Shown here: piece by piece, positions 56,368 to 64,000 of the stretch
Layout: each line of letters starts with the position of its first letter
How positions within the stretch are numbered: the stretch's first letter is position 1
Origin: Steroidobacter denitrificans
GTDB taxonomy: Bacteria > Pseudomonadota > Gammaproteobacteria > Steroidobacterales > Steroidobacteraceae
NCBI GenBank assembly: GCA_040395055.1
Contig: JBEBRC010000001.1
Location: 4,542 to 68,541 of the forward strand
Direction of reading: 5' to 3'
Length of the DNA: 64,000 bases
Notes under the pieces: generated by a model
What the model saw: the letters and a program-made list of their open reading frames with translations, nothing else
Told to the model about the DNA's origin: nothing
Databases searched by the model: none
Position numbers and translations under genes: made by a program

Positions 56368-57403
56368 AGTCATACTGAACGTCAATGACAACGAGCCGGG
56401 ACGCTATGCGACCAGTCGGATTCTGCACCGCGCCGGCTTCAAAGTCCTGGAAGCGTCGAACGGCAAGGACGCACTGCGAATCGCGCGTGAAGACCTGCCG
56501 CCGCTGGTCATACTGGACGTAAACCTTCCGGACATCAGCGGTGTGGAAGTCTGCCGCCGCCTGAAGGCAGGGGCGGACACCTCCACCATCATGGTGCTGC
56601 AGATGTCGGCGACGAATATCGCGGTGGCGGATCGCGTGCAGTCCCTGGCGGCAGGCGCGGACAGTTTTCTGGTGGAGCCGGTAGAGCCCGAGGAACTCGA
56701 AGCGGTCACACGTGCGCTGTTACGCTTGTATCGCAGCGAGGAATCCTTGCGCTTGGCCCTTGCCGAGCGCGAACTGCTGCTCAAGGAGGTCAATCATCGG
56801 GTGAAGAATAGCCTGCAGCTTGTGCTCAGCTTGTTGAGCCTGCAAGGACAGGAATTCCAGCAAGCTGGCGAGCGCGAACTCTTCGAGCGAGCCATCGCAC
56901 GCGTGGCCGCGATCGCCTCCATCCACGAAAGACTGTATCAGGATACCGACCCTCTCAGCGTGGAGATGCATACCTATATCACTGGATTGTGTGCGGAACT
57001 TGCGCGTGCGTGTGTGGACGATGCACCGGATGCGAAATTGCTCGCGGAAGTGGAGAATGTCCGCCTGCCGACGGAGCAAGGGGTGTCGATCGCTCTCATC
57101 GTCAACGAATTGGTCATGAATGCGCTCAAGCATGCTCGACCGGCCAAGGGGTCTGCAGTCGTTTCCGTACGGCTGGTCCGGCATGACAACGATGCGCTGC
57201 TGCTGACAGTGACGGACAATGGCGGTAGCCACGGCACGGAAGGGGACGAGGGCGAGACTCAGTCCGGCCTCGGCACGCGCTTGATCGGCATGCTGGCGCA
57301 GCAGATAAACGGTCACCTGGATGTGGAGAGTTCCGAGAATGCTCGCATTGCACGACTTGTGTTTCCCTCCCAGATCATCCGGCCATGTCAGCCGCCATCC
57401 TGA
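56351..57403 (+). CDS. Receiver domain fused to a HisKA_2/HWE-type histidine kinase
   Basis: N-terminal REC (ILNVNDNE...LVILDVNLPDISG). H-box KEVNHRVKNSLQLVLSLLSLQ. C-terminal ATPase (NELVMNALKHA...DNGG...GLGTRLI). Confidence 0.8.
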   Translation: MPSTPEVILNVNDNEPGRYATSRILHRAGFKVLEASNGKDALRIAREDLPPLVILDVNLPDISGVEVCRRLKAGADTSTIMVLQMSATNIAVADRVQSLAAGADSFLVEPVEPEELEAVTRALLRLYRSEESLRLALAERELLLKEVNHRVKNSLQLVLSLLSLQGQEFQQAGERELFERAIARVAAIASIHERLYQDTDPLSVEMHTYITGLCAELARACVDDAPDAKLLAEVENVRLPTEQGVSIALIVNELVMNALKHARPAKGSAVVSVRLVRHDNDALLLTVTDNGGSHGTEGDEGETQSGLGTRLIGMLAQQINGHLDVESSENARIARLVFPSQIIRPCQPPS

Positions 57404-57771
57404 TCGTCGAGGATCAATTGTTGATCGCATGGCATCTGCGGGAACTGATAGAAGCAGCGGGCCACGAGGTCACTGCCATTGCCACCGATACGGACGAGGC
57501 GATCGCGGCAGCGGGCCGCCGCCGACCGGATTTCGCCTTGATGGACATTCGGCTACGGGGGCAGAGCAACGGACTGGACGCCGCGCGCGTGCTGTACGAG
57601 ACCTGGGGCGTGCGCTCGATCTTCCTCAGCGCCAACCTTGACCCGCAGACCCGGGAGCAGGCCCTGACACTCGATGCGCTGGGCTTTATCGGCAAACCGT
57701 TCTTGTCGACGCAGATGGCCGCGGCGTTGGAGCGCGCCGTCGAGGAAACACGCGGCGCCCAGGGCGATTAG
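57385..57771 (+). CDS. Single-domain response regulator (receiver only)
   Basis: ILIVEDQLLIAWHL...PDFALMDIRL...IFLSANLD...GFIGKPF. Overlaps the upstream gene by 19 nt. Confidence 0.8.
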   Translation: MSAAILIVEDQLLIAWHLRELIEAAGHEVTAIATDTDEAIAAAGRRRPDFALMDIRLRGQSNGLDAARVLYETWGVRSIFLSANLDPQTREQALTLDALGFIGKPFLSTQMAAALERAVEETRGAQGD

Positions 57772-57800
57772 ACTACTCTGCAACACGATCGCGCACCGGA

Positions 57801-58115
57801 TCAGTTCAGCACGCTGGTCGAGGCCGGCATCTCCTCGGTCAATTGCCGCAGTTCGGCGGCCATTTCCTCCATCGCATACGCGCTACAACCTATCTGTTGC
57901 GCCCAGCCCTGCAAGGCCAGCGCTTCTTCGATGGCGCGCAGCGAATTCAATAGCAGCAGGGCGTCCAGCATGGGCATGGACAACCCTAGCGTCTCGTCGC
58001 CGTCCAGGCAGTGCAAGGTCACGGTGCCGCAAATGGCAGGCTTGTTTTGCATCACTTCGGCGGTGGCCGCTGCTGTGATGACTTCTCGGGTTGCCGTCGA
58101 ATCGTTCACGCACAT
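57801..58115 (-). CDS. Hypothetical protein (104 aa), no family recognised
   Basis: ATG-initiated ORF with non-degenerate composition. The competing + strand ORF is Arg/Ser junk. No SD or family evidence. Confidence 0.35.
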   Translation of the reverse strand: MCVNDSTATREVITAAATAEVMQNKPAICGTVTLHCLDGDETLGLSMPMLDALLLLNSLRAIEEALALQGWAQQIGCSAYAMEEMAAELRQLTEEMPASTSVLN

Positions 58116-58244
58116 GGAGCGCCCCCGCGTCCGAGCCGAATCATCAGGCTCCCCTATGCAACGCCTGTCCGGCGCAGAAGGTCCGTCGCTGCTCGGCCCG
58201 GCTTGCGCGACAGCCTGCAGCGCACCATCGAGCTGCCCAAGTCG

Positions 58245-58928
58245 CTAGAAGGAGACCGTGATCCCGATCTTGACCAGATCGACGTCCGATTCCGGCCCGG
58301 TATCGCTTTCGCCGGCATCGAACACACGCTGAAACTCCACTCGCGCATTGTAGATCTCGGCAAAGCTGAACGATGCGCCGACGCCGGCGAGCAGGTCGAC
58401 GCCGCTTTTGGAGCTCTGCGAACGCCCCCGCCGCGCGCCGTCGGTAATGAAGATATCGAGCTCGTTGCTGGAGAACAGGACGCCGGCGCGCGCGTACACC
58501 TCCCAGCGATAGCTGATCGGGAGTAGTCCAAGCCCCGACAACGTGATGCCGCTGGTGCTCGAATCCAGGTTCTGGCGCCAGTCTCCGACCGCGCCGTCAC
58601 TTGTGGTGCCGGTGCTTGCATTGCGGTAGCTCACCGTTCCCAGATCCATGAAGCCCCCTTCCACGGCGAAGTTCGGCAACAGGCGATAACCCACCGCAAA
58701 CCCGTAGCTCGAATCCTTGGTATCGAACCGGACACTGGATTGGCTCGGAGTAAACCCCGCGTCTGCGAACACCAGCGTGGCAAAATTATCGAACGGTGCC
58801 TGGGGCACGTCCTTGCGGCCTTCGCCGTAATCGACGGCTGCATAAAGCCCGAGCTGGGCCGCCGCGGCGCACTGACTGACGCCGACGCCTCCGACCGCAA
58901 GGGATGCAATGACGACGGCCAATTTCAT
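58245..58928 (-). CDS. Small outer-membrane beta-barrel protein (OmpA-like/porin family barrel)
   Basis: Signal peptide MKLAVVIASLAVGGVGVSQCAAAAQ. Alternating strands. C-terminus ...VDLVKIGITVSF. Confidence 0.75.
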   Translation of the reverse strand: MKLAVVIASLAVGGVGVSQCAAAAQLGLYAAVDYGEGRKDVPQAPFDNFATLVFADAGFTPSQSSVRFDTKDSSYGFAVGYRLLPNFAVEGGFMDLGTVSYRNASTGTTSDGAVGDWRQNLDSSTSGITLSGLGLLPISYRWEVYARAGVLFSSNELDIFITDGARRGRSQSSKSGVDLLAGVGASFSFAEIYNARVEFQRVFDAGESDTGPESDVDLVKIGITVSF

Positions 58929-59006
58929 GAGTTCCAACCTGTAGTGTCGAGGCTGACGACTGTACCGGAAATCCGCGGTGCGCGTCCCGGGATCCGCCTT
59001 ACACGC

Positions 59007-59465
59007 CTAGCCTATGAAGCCAATACCCCGCGCCATCAACACCGCACACAGGATGATCAACAGCAGCAAGCTCAATTCCAGATGAACGATCATCCGCATC
59101 CGGCGCCGCTCGCCACCCTCGAGTCGAGGCAGTTCGCCTTGCCTGAGTATTTTCCGCCAGCTCAGGAACTGCTTTGTGGGGTAGATCGATACCAGGCCCA
59201 TGATTGCAAACAGCACGATCTTGATGATGAACGGGACACTGCCGAAATAGTAGTCGGCACCTTTTTCCGTATGGAACACCCGCAGGAAACCCACGATCAG
59301 GATACCCAGCGCGCAGAGCCCATAGACGGCATCCATGCGCAGCAGCGAACGCGCGGATGCCAGTGTCAGCTCCTCTTTCATCAATACCAGCTCCACCATG
59401 AGCACGGCAGCCAATGCGAAGGCAAAGACATGATGCAGGAATGCCAGGGCTGCCGATGCGGTCAT
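59007..59465 (-). CDS. DUF2214-like integral membrane protein
   Basis: Four hydrophobic segments. FLHHVFAFALAAVLMVELVL... start. ATGA overlap with the upstream gene. Family assignment from memory. Confidence 0.65.
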   Translation of the reverse strand: MTASAALAFLHHVFAFALAAVLMVELVLMKEELTLASARSLLRMDAVYGLCALGILIVGFLRVFHTEKGADYYFGSVPFIIKIVLFAIMGLVSIYPTKQFLSWRKILRQGELPRLEGGERRRMRMIVHLELSLLLLIILCAVLMARGIGFIG

Positions 59466-59701
59466 GAGGCTTTGTTTGTATCCGGCTTCGAGCCCGGCTC
59501 AGCCGCTTCTTCCAGCCTGCGATTCTCGGCCGCGCGCTCACGCCGGATCGTGAGCACGACCGAGCCCATCGCCACACCGATCACGCCCATCAGCGCCGCC
59601 ATGATGAACACCAGCCCGCCAGCCAGCCGCCAGCCTTCATACAGCCCCACGGCAAGACCGACCGGGGTCGTAATCAGCAACAGGGGTTTCGCTATCTTCA
59701 T
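59462..59701 (-). CDS. Small membrane protein (79 aa, two TM segments)
   Basis: MKIAKPLLLITTPVGLAVGLYEGWRLAGGLVFIMAALMGVIGVAMGSVVL..., then a charged tail. The start could be 59752, but that would place the inverted repeat inside the coding sequence. Confidence 0.5.
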   Translation of the reverse strand: MKIAKPLLLITTPVGLAVGLYEGWRLAGGLVFIMAALMGVIGVAMGSVVLTIRRERAAENRRLEEAAEPGSKPDTNKAS

Positions 59702-59726
59702 ACCGCCGCCGATAATACCAAATACC

Positions 59727-59832
59727 AGGAGCCGGACTTGAGTTATGGCCATTACATTGGAGCGCCGCTGCCGGGAGCGGAGCGATGTGCCTGCCGTGCT
59801 GGCGATAAGGCCATAACTCAAGTCCGGCTCCT
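59727..59832. repeat. Perfect 24-bp inverted repeat with a 58-nt spacer (106-bp element) between two small membrane-protein genes
   Basis: 59727-59750 aggagccggacttgagttatggcc is the exact reverse complement of 59809-59832 ggccataactcaagtccggctcct. The spacer contains a smaller hairpin (ccgct-gccggg-agcgg). Confidence 0.85.
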
Positions 59833-59843
59833 CCCCCAGGGGG

Positions 59844-60008
59844 TCAGGCGATGTGGGTAGGCGTGTGTGTTGCGGCAGACACACTATGGAAGGCAACGTC
59901 CGCCACTACGCTACCGAGCGTCAGGCCGGTGCTCACGATCAGCACCGCCATCGCGAAGCACACCGCTCGCCGCGTCGTATCGGTCAGATTTCGGGTAGTC
60001 GTCGTCAT
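59844..60008 (-). CDS. Small membrane protein (54 aa, one TM segment)
   Basis: GAGGAG Shine-Dalgarno 7 nt upstream of the ATG at 60008. MTTTTRNLTDTTRRAVCFAMAVLIVSTGLTLGSVVADV... Confidence 0.45.
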   Translation of the reverse strand: MTTTTRNLTDTTRRAVCFAMAVLIVSTGLTLGSVVADVAFHSVSAATHTPTHIA

Positions 60009-60162
60009 GGCTGATCTCCTCGCTTGTGGCCAGATACACTGGATGTTGCTGGAGATGCAGTAGCGGACAAAAAGGTTACAGCGCTTTGTGAAAATCATTC
60101 TGCGCGGCGAACGGTTATGATTGCCGGCCGCACCGCCGCCTGCCACCCGCCTCCGGTCACCT

Positions 60163-61983
60163 ATGCCTCTGCTGACGCTCAAGAATGCCGAACTCGCCTA
60201 CGGCCTGCATCCATTGCTGGATCGCGCGGCCTTCACCATCGATCCAGGCGAACGAGTCGGGCTCATCGGCCGCAACGGTACCGGAAAGTCGTCGCTGCTG
60301 AAGGTCATTGCCGGACTGTCGCCGCTCGATGACGGCGATCTGGCACGCCAGGACGGATTGCGCATCGCCCTGGTGGAGCAAGAGCCTTCGCTGCCGCCGG
60401 CCGCCACGATTCACGACAGCCTGGTGCAACGCGGCCAACTGGATCAGATTCACGACGATCGCGAACGCTGGCGTGTCGATGCTCGGCTGAGCGAGTACCT
60501 GCATCGCCTCACCGTGGCGCCCGAACGCGCACCGGAAACGGCATCCGGCGGCGAGCGCAAGCGCGCTGCACTGGCGCTTGCGCTCACATTGCAACCCGAC
60601 CTGCTGCTGCTCGATGAGCCGACCAACCATCTCGACATCGATGGCATTACGACTTTGGAGGACTTGCTGATCAAGGGTCCGGCCTCGATCGTCATCACCC
60701 ACGATCGCGCCTTCCTGGATCGCGTGGTCACCCGCATCGTGGAGCTCGATCGTGGATTGTTGCGCTCCTATCCTGGAAATTTCGCCACCTACGAGTCGCG
60801 AAAGGGCGAGCAGCTCGCCGCCGAAAATGTCGCAAGCCGCAAGTTCGATAAATTCTGGGCGCAGGAGGAGGTATGGATAAGGCGTGGCGTCGAGGCGCGG
60901 CGCACCCGCAACGAAGGACGCGTGCGCCGGCTGGAAATGTTGCGCGAGCAGCGCACCGCACGGCGCGAACAGTTGGGAAACGTCAAGCTGACGCTCGATA
61001 CCGGCGAGCGCTCCGGCAAGCTCGTGGCCGAGCTGACGGATGTCAGCAAACGCTTTGGCGAACGCCTCATCGTGCAGAACCTGTCGCTGCGCATCCAACG
61101 CGGCGATCGACTCGGGCTCATTGGCCCGAACGGCGCCGGCAAATCCACCCTGATCAAGCTGATTCTGGGCAAGCTCATGCCGGATACCGGATCGATCCGC
61201 CTCGGTACCAACCTGCAGATCGCCTACTTCGACCAGATGCGCGAGCAGCTCGATCCGGACAAGTCGGTACTGGAAACCATCAGCCCAGGCTCCGACTGGA
61301 TCGAGATCGGCAACGAGCGCAAGCACGTGATGAGCTATCTGGGCGACTTCCTGTTTGCCCCGCAGCGCGCCAACTCGCCGATCAGGGCCTTGTCGGGCGG
61401 CGAGCGCAACCGCTTGCTGCTGGCGCGGCTGTTCGCACGTACCGCCAACCTGCTGGTCATGGACGAACCGACGAACGATCTCGATATCGAGTCGCTCGAA
61501 CTGCTGGAGACGACCTTGCAGAACTATGGCGGCACGCTGCTGCTGGTCAGCCACGATCGCGCCTTCCTGGACAATGTGGTCACCCAGACACTGACCACCG
61601 AAGGCGGGGGCAACTGGCAGGAATATGTGGGCGGCTACAGCGACTGGCTGGCACAGCGTCCCAGCGCGGCGCCCGCGGCGCCTAGAACCAGGCAGGAGAC
61701 CAGGCCATCCTCCTCGCCCGCCGCACTGCCTGCCGCCAAGCTCAGCTACAAGGAGGCGCGAGAACTGGAACGACTGCCGCTGGAAATCGAAACGCTGGAA
61801 GCGCAGCAGCAAGCATTGACCGAACGCATGGGCAGCGCCGACTACCACAAGCAGGGCAGCGAGCAGATCAAGGCCGACCGGCAGTTGTCGCAAGACCTGG
61901 AACGCAAGCTGGCAAAAAGATTCGACCGCTGGGGCGAACTGGAAGCCAAGGCCGGCCTCGCCAACCGAACAGGTGATGCATAG
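60163..61983 (+). CDS. uup: ABC-F family ATPase (Uup-like)
   Basis: Two ABC cassettes (GLIGRNGTGKSSLL / LSGGERKRAALA...LLLLDEPTNHLD and GLIGPNGAGKSTLI / LSGGERNRLLLA...LLVMDEPTNDLD). No TM domain. C-terminal coiled coil. Confidence 0.9.
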   Translation: MPLLTLKNAELAYGLHPLLDRAAFTIDPGERVGLIGRNGTGKSSLLKVIAGLSPLDDGDLARQDGLRIALVEQEPSLPPAATIHDSLVQRGQLDQIHDDRERWRVDARLSEYLHRLTVAPERAPETASGGERKRAALALALTLQPDLLLLDEPTNHLDIDGITTLEDLLIKGPASIVITHDRAFLDRVVTRIVELDRGLLRSYPGNFATYESRKGEQLAAENVASRKFDKFWAQEEVWIRRGVEARRTRNEGRVRRLEMLREQRTARREQLGNVKLTLDTGERSGKLVAELTDVSKRFGERLIVQNLSLRIQRGDRLGLIGPNGAGKSTLIKLILGKLMPDTGSIRLGTNLQIAYFDQMREQLDPDKSVLETISPGSDWIEIGNERKHVMSYLGDFLFAPQRANSPIRALSGGERNRLLLARLFARTANLLVMDEPTNDLDIESLELLETTLQNYGGTLLLVSHDRAFLDNVVTQTLTTEGGGNWQEYVGGYSDWLAQRPSAAPAAPRTRQETRPSSSPAALPAAKLSYKEARELERLPLEIETLEAQQQALTERMGSADYHKQGSEQIKADRQLSQDLERKLAKRFDRWGELEAKAGLANRTGDA

Positions 61984-61992
61984 AATTCCTGC

Positions 61993-62547
61993 ATGCCCAT
62001 GCAGCCCCTCGCTTGCCATCCTTCCCAGTCATGCGCCTTCGTGAGCGCAGTGGCGGCGCATGCCGAGACGCTGGGCACGGACCGGATCGTGTTCCATTAT
62101 CGGATCGAAGGTGACATCGAGCAGCTGCGGCTGCCAGCGCCGCAAGTCCCCGCTCGCGCGCAGGGTTTGTGGCGACACACCTGCCTGGAAGCATTCATCG
62201 CGGCGTCCGGCACACCTGCCTACCTGGAATTCAACTTCTCACCCTCCGGCGAATGGGCAATCTACCGCTTCGACGACTACCGCCGCGGCATGGCGGCACT
62301 CGAGCCCGCACCAGCGCCGAGGATCCAATGCCGGCGCACGCCGGATCGGCTCGAGGTCGAAGTCGAGATACATGGGCCGATGCCACAGCACGGCCCGGGC
62401 GCGCGCCTGGCGATATCGGTGGTCCTGCAAGACATCCGCGGCCAACTCAGCCACTGGGCGCTCGCCCATCCGTCACCTGAGCCCGACTTTCATCATCCGG
62501 GCGGTTTTACTCTGGCATTGCCTTCAAGCAGTGGAGTCGCACAATGA
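61993..62547 (+). CDS. DOMON-like domain protein
   Basis: LWRHTCLEAFIAASGTPAYLEFNFSPSGEWAIYRFDDYR...HWALAHPSPEPDFHHPGGF pattern (from memory). ATGA overlap with the downstream gene. Confidence 0.55.
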   Translation: MPMQPLACHPSQSCAFVSAVAAHAETLGTDRIVFHYRIEGDIEQLRLPAPQVPARAQGLWRHTCLEAFIAASGTPAYLEFNFSPSGEWAIYRFDDYRRGMAALEPAPAPRIQCRRTPDRLEVEVEIHGPMPQHGPGARLAISVVLQDIRGQLSHWALAHPSPEPDFHHPGGFTLALPSSSGVAQ

Positions 62548-63749
62548 TCCTTGGTATCGAGCGCCTGCTACATGATCCTTCGCTGAGCGCGCCGCTGCAT
62601 GGAAAAAGGATCGCGCTGCTGGCGCATCCCGCCTCGATCACCGCCGACATGACGCATTCGCTGGATGCGCTCGCACAGCTCGACACGCTGGAGCTGACTG
62701 CCGCATTCGGCCCGCAGCATGGCCTGCGTGGCGACAAGCAGGACAATATGGTCGAGTCGCCCACTTTCCACGACCCGGTACATGGCATTCCGATATTCAG
62801 CCTGTATGGCGAGGTGCGACGGCCGACGGCAGCGATGATGGATACCTTCGACGTATTGCTGGTGGACCTGCAGGATCTGGGCTGCCGCATCTACACGTTC
62901 ATCACCACCTTGCGCTACGTGCTCGAGGCGGCCGCCACGCACGGCAAATCGATCTGGATTCTGGACCGGCCGAATCCGGCCGGACGCCCCATCGAAGGAC
63001 TGCGGCTGCGCGCAGGCTGGGAGAGCTTCGTCGGCGCTGGGGCGCTGCCGATGCGGCATGGCTTGACGCTGGGTGAACTTGCACGATGGTTCGTCCGTAC
63101 CCTGCGCCTGGACGTCGACTATCGCGTCGTCGAGATGCAAGGATGGGAGCCGCATGCCGGGCCGGGCTTCGGCTGGCCGTTGGGCGAGCGCACCTGGGTC
63201 AACCCCAGCCCGAACGCACCGAACCTATGGATGGCACGCTGCTACGCAGGCACCGTGATGATCGAAGGCACGACGCTCTCGGAGGGCCGCGGCACGACCC
63301 GGCCGCTGGAACTGTTCGGCGCACCGGACATCGATGCGCACGCCTTGCTGCGCCAGATGCAATCGCTGGCGCCGCAATGGCTGCGAGGGTGCAGCCTGCG
63401 ACCCTGCTGGTTCGAGCCCACGTTTCACAAGCACACCGGGCAGCTGTGCAGCGCCTTGCAAATCCACGTCGAAAACGGGCACTACGACCACCAGGCCTTC
63501 TCTCCCTGGCGACTGCAGGCGCTGGCGTTCAAAGCCTTGCGCCGCCTGCATCCGGATTATGAGCTTTGGCGCGACTTCCCCTATGAGTATGAAAACGACC
63601 GCCTGGCGATCGACGTGATCAACGGCAGTACGATCCTGCGCGAGTGGGTCGACGACGCGGATGCCGGACCGACGGACCTGGAGGCCTTGCTCAAGCCTGA
63701 CGAAGCCTCCTGGCATGCGCAGCGCGAGGCCGTTTTGCTGTATCGCTGA
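62544..63749 (+). CDS. DUF1343 family protein (NamZ-like exo-beta-N-acetylmuramidase family)
   Basis: GKRIALLAHPASITADMTHSLD...FGPQHGLRGDKQDNM...VLLVDLQDLGCRIYTFITTL...LDRPNP...MRHGLTLGELA...SPNAPNL signature. Confidence 0.85.
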   Translation: MILGIERLLHDPSLSAPLHGKRIALLAHPASITADMTHSLDALAQLDTLELTAAFGPQHGLRGDKQDNMVESPTFHDPVHGIPIFSLYGEVRRPTAAMMDTFDVLLVDLQDLGCRIYTFITTLRYVLEAAATHGKSIWILDRPNPAGRPIEGLRLRAGWESFVGAGALPMRHGLTLGELARWFVRTLRLDVDYRVVEMQGWEPHAGPGFGWPLGERTWVNPSPNAPNLWMARCYAGTVMIEGTTLSEGRGTTRPLELFGAPDIDAHALLRQMQSLAPQWLRGCSLRPCWFEPTFHKHTGQLCSALQIHVENGHYDHQAFSPWRLQALAFKALRRLHPDYELWRDFPYEYENDRLAIDVINGSTILREWVDDADAGPTDLEALLKPDEASWHAQREAVLLYR

Positions 63750-63819
63750 GGACGCATTTTCCGGTAGCCAGAGGCGCGCCAATCAGGCCTGTCTCGACCA
63801 ATCGATGCCCCGAGAGAGG

Positions 63820-63845
63820 GGAACACGGCGGTTCGACGGAGCGTT
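63820..63845 (+). promoter_or_regulatory. Candidate ECF-sigma-type promoter GGAAC-N17-CGTT upstream of the DUF6496-like gene
   Basis: GGAAC at 63820-63824 and CGTT at 63842-63845. AAGAGG Shine-Dalgarno at 63863-63868 and ATG at 63876. Confidence 0.35.
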
Positions 63846-63875
63846 GCGACGACACACGCGCCAAGAGGTCCGCTC

Positions 63876-64000
63876 ATGCCACCACGATACGGCAAGAAAG
63901 CATCGAAGAAAGTCGAAAAAGCCATGAGCGAGCGCAAGCGCGGCACATTGCGCAGCGGCCGTTCCGGCAAAAAGGTCACCAGCCGCAAGCAAGCGATCGC
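63876..64000 (+). CDS. 5' part of a small basic protein, DUF6496-like; continues beyond the window
   Basis: MPPRYGKKASKKVEKAMSERKRGTLRSGRSGKKVTSRKQAIA... The ...SRKQAIA motif recalls DUF6496 (from memory). Good SD. Too short to appear in the ORF track. Confidence 0.55.
   Translation, partial: MPPRYGKKASKKVEKAMSERKRGTLRSGRSGKKVTSRKQAI

Noticed and set aside
1-64000. A search for CRISPR arrays, insertion sequences, integrases, prophage genes or toxin-antitoxin/defence cassettes.
   Set aside because: I saw no regularly spaced direct repeats and no transposase, integrase or phage-like ORFs. The only repeat of note is the single 24-bp inverted repeat at 59727-59832. The window looks like core or accessory chromosome rather than a mobile island.

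Overview
High-GC proteobacterial chromosomal segment. GC was judged by eye, not computed, and the taxon cannot be fixed from this window. It is densely coding, with about 55 supportable CDS. I found no rRNA or tRNA genes, CRISPR arrays, transposases or integrases. Recognisable content, left to right: an AraC regulator; a PlpD-like type Vd patatin autotransporter; a PQQ dehydrogenase; a TonB-dependent receptor; cytochrome bd (CioAB-like) oxidase plus a DUF2474 peptide; an MFS-aguA-ppk2 operon; glnE; a secreted trypsin-like protease, ApbE and a BsuPI-like inhibitor; crcB; trehalose genes (glgX-treY, treZ) split by opgGH; a block of stress-type small proteins (hemerythrin, DUF2934, FAD-Rieske, DUF6496); an RsbR-RsbS-RsbT stressosome operon feeding a PP2C phosphatase and a three-protein phosphorelay; and uup, DOMON-like and DUF1343/NamZ genes. 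The most interesting part is a ~13.3 kb divergent ten-gene locus (9406-22752). Every product carries an export signal (Tat, Sec or lipobox). The minus operon encodes a DUF1588-like CxxCH protein, a LamG protein with a duplicated CxxCH...HNCW module, and a Tat-exported DUF1501-like protein. The plus operon encodes an HzsA-like beta-propeller lipoprotein with two CxxCH motifs, an SH3-barrel fusion, a barrel lipoprotein, a TlpA thioredoxin, DUF4266, DUF3570 and a DUF3187-like protein. No member has a characterised function known to me. Other observations: an ECF-type GGAAC-N16/17-CGT(A/T) motif upstream of three stress operons; an agmatine deiminase with a 129-aa Lys/Ser/Pro-rich tail next to PPK2; a perfect 24-bp inverted repeat between two small membrane-protein genes; homopolymeric G8/C8 tracts; and several perfect palindromes in promoter regions. 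Many long ORFs in the six-frame track are off-frame or antisense shadows typical of high-GC DNA and were not called.
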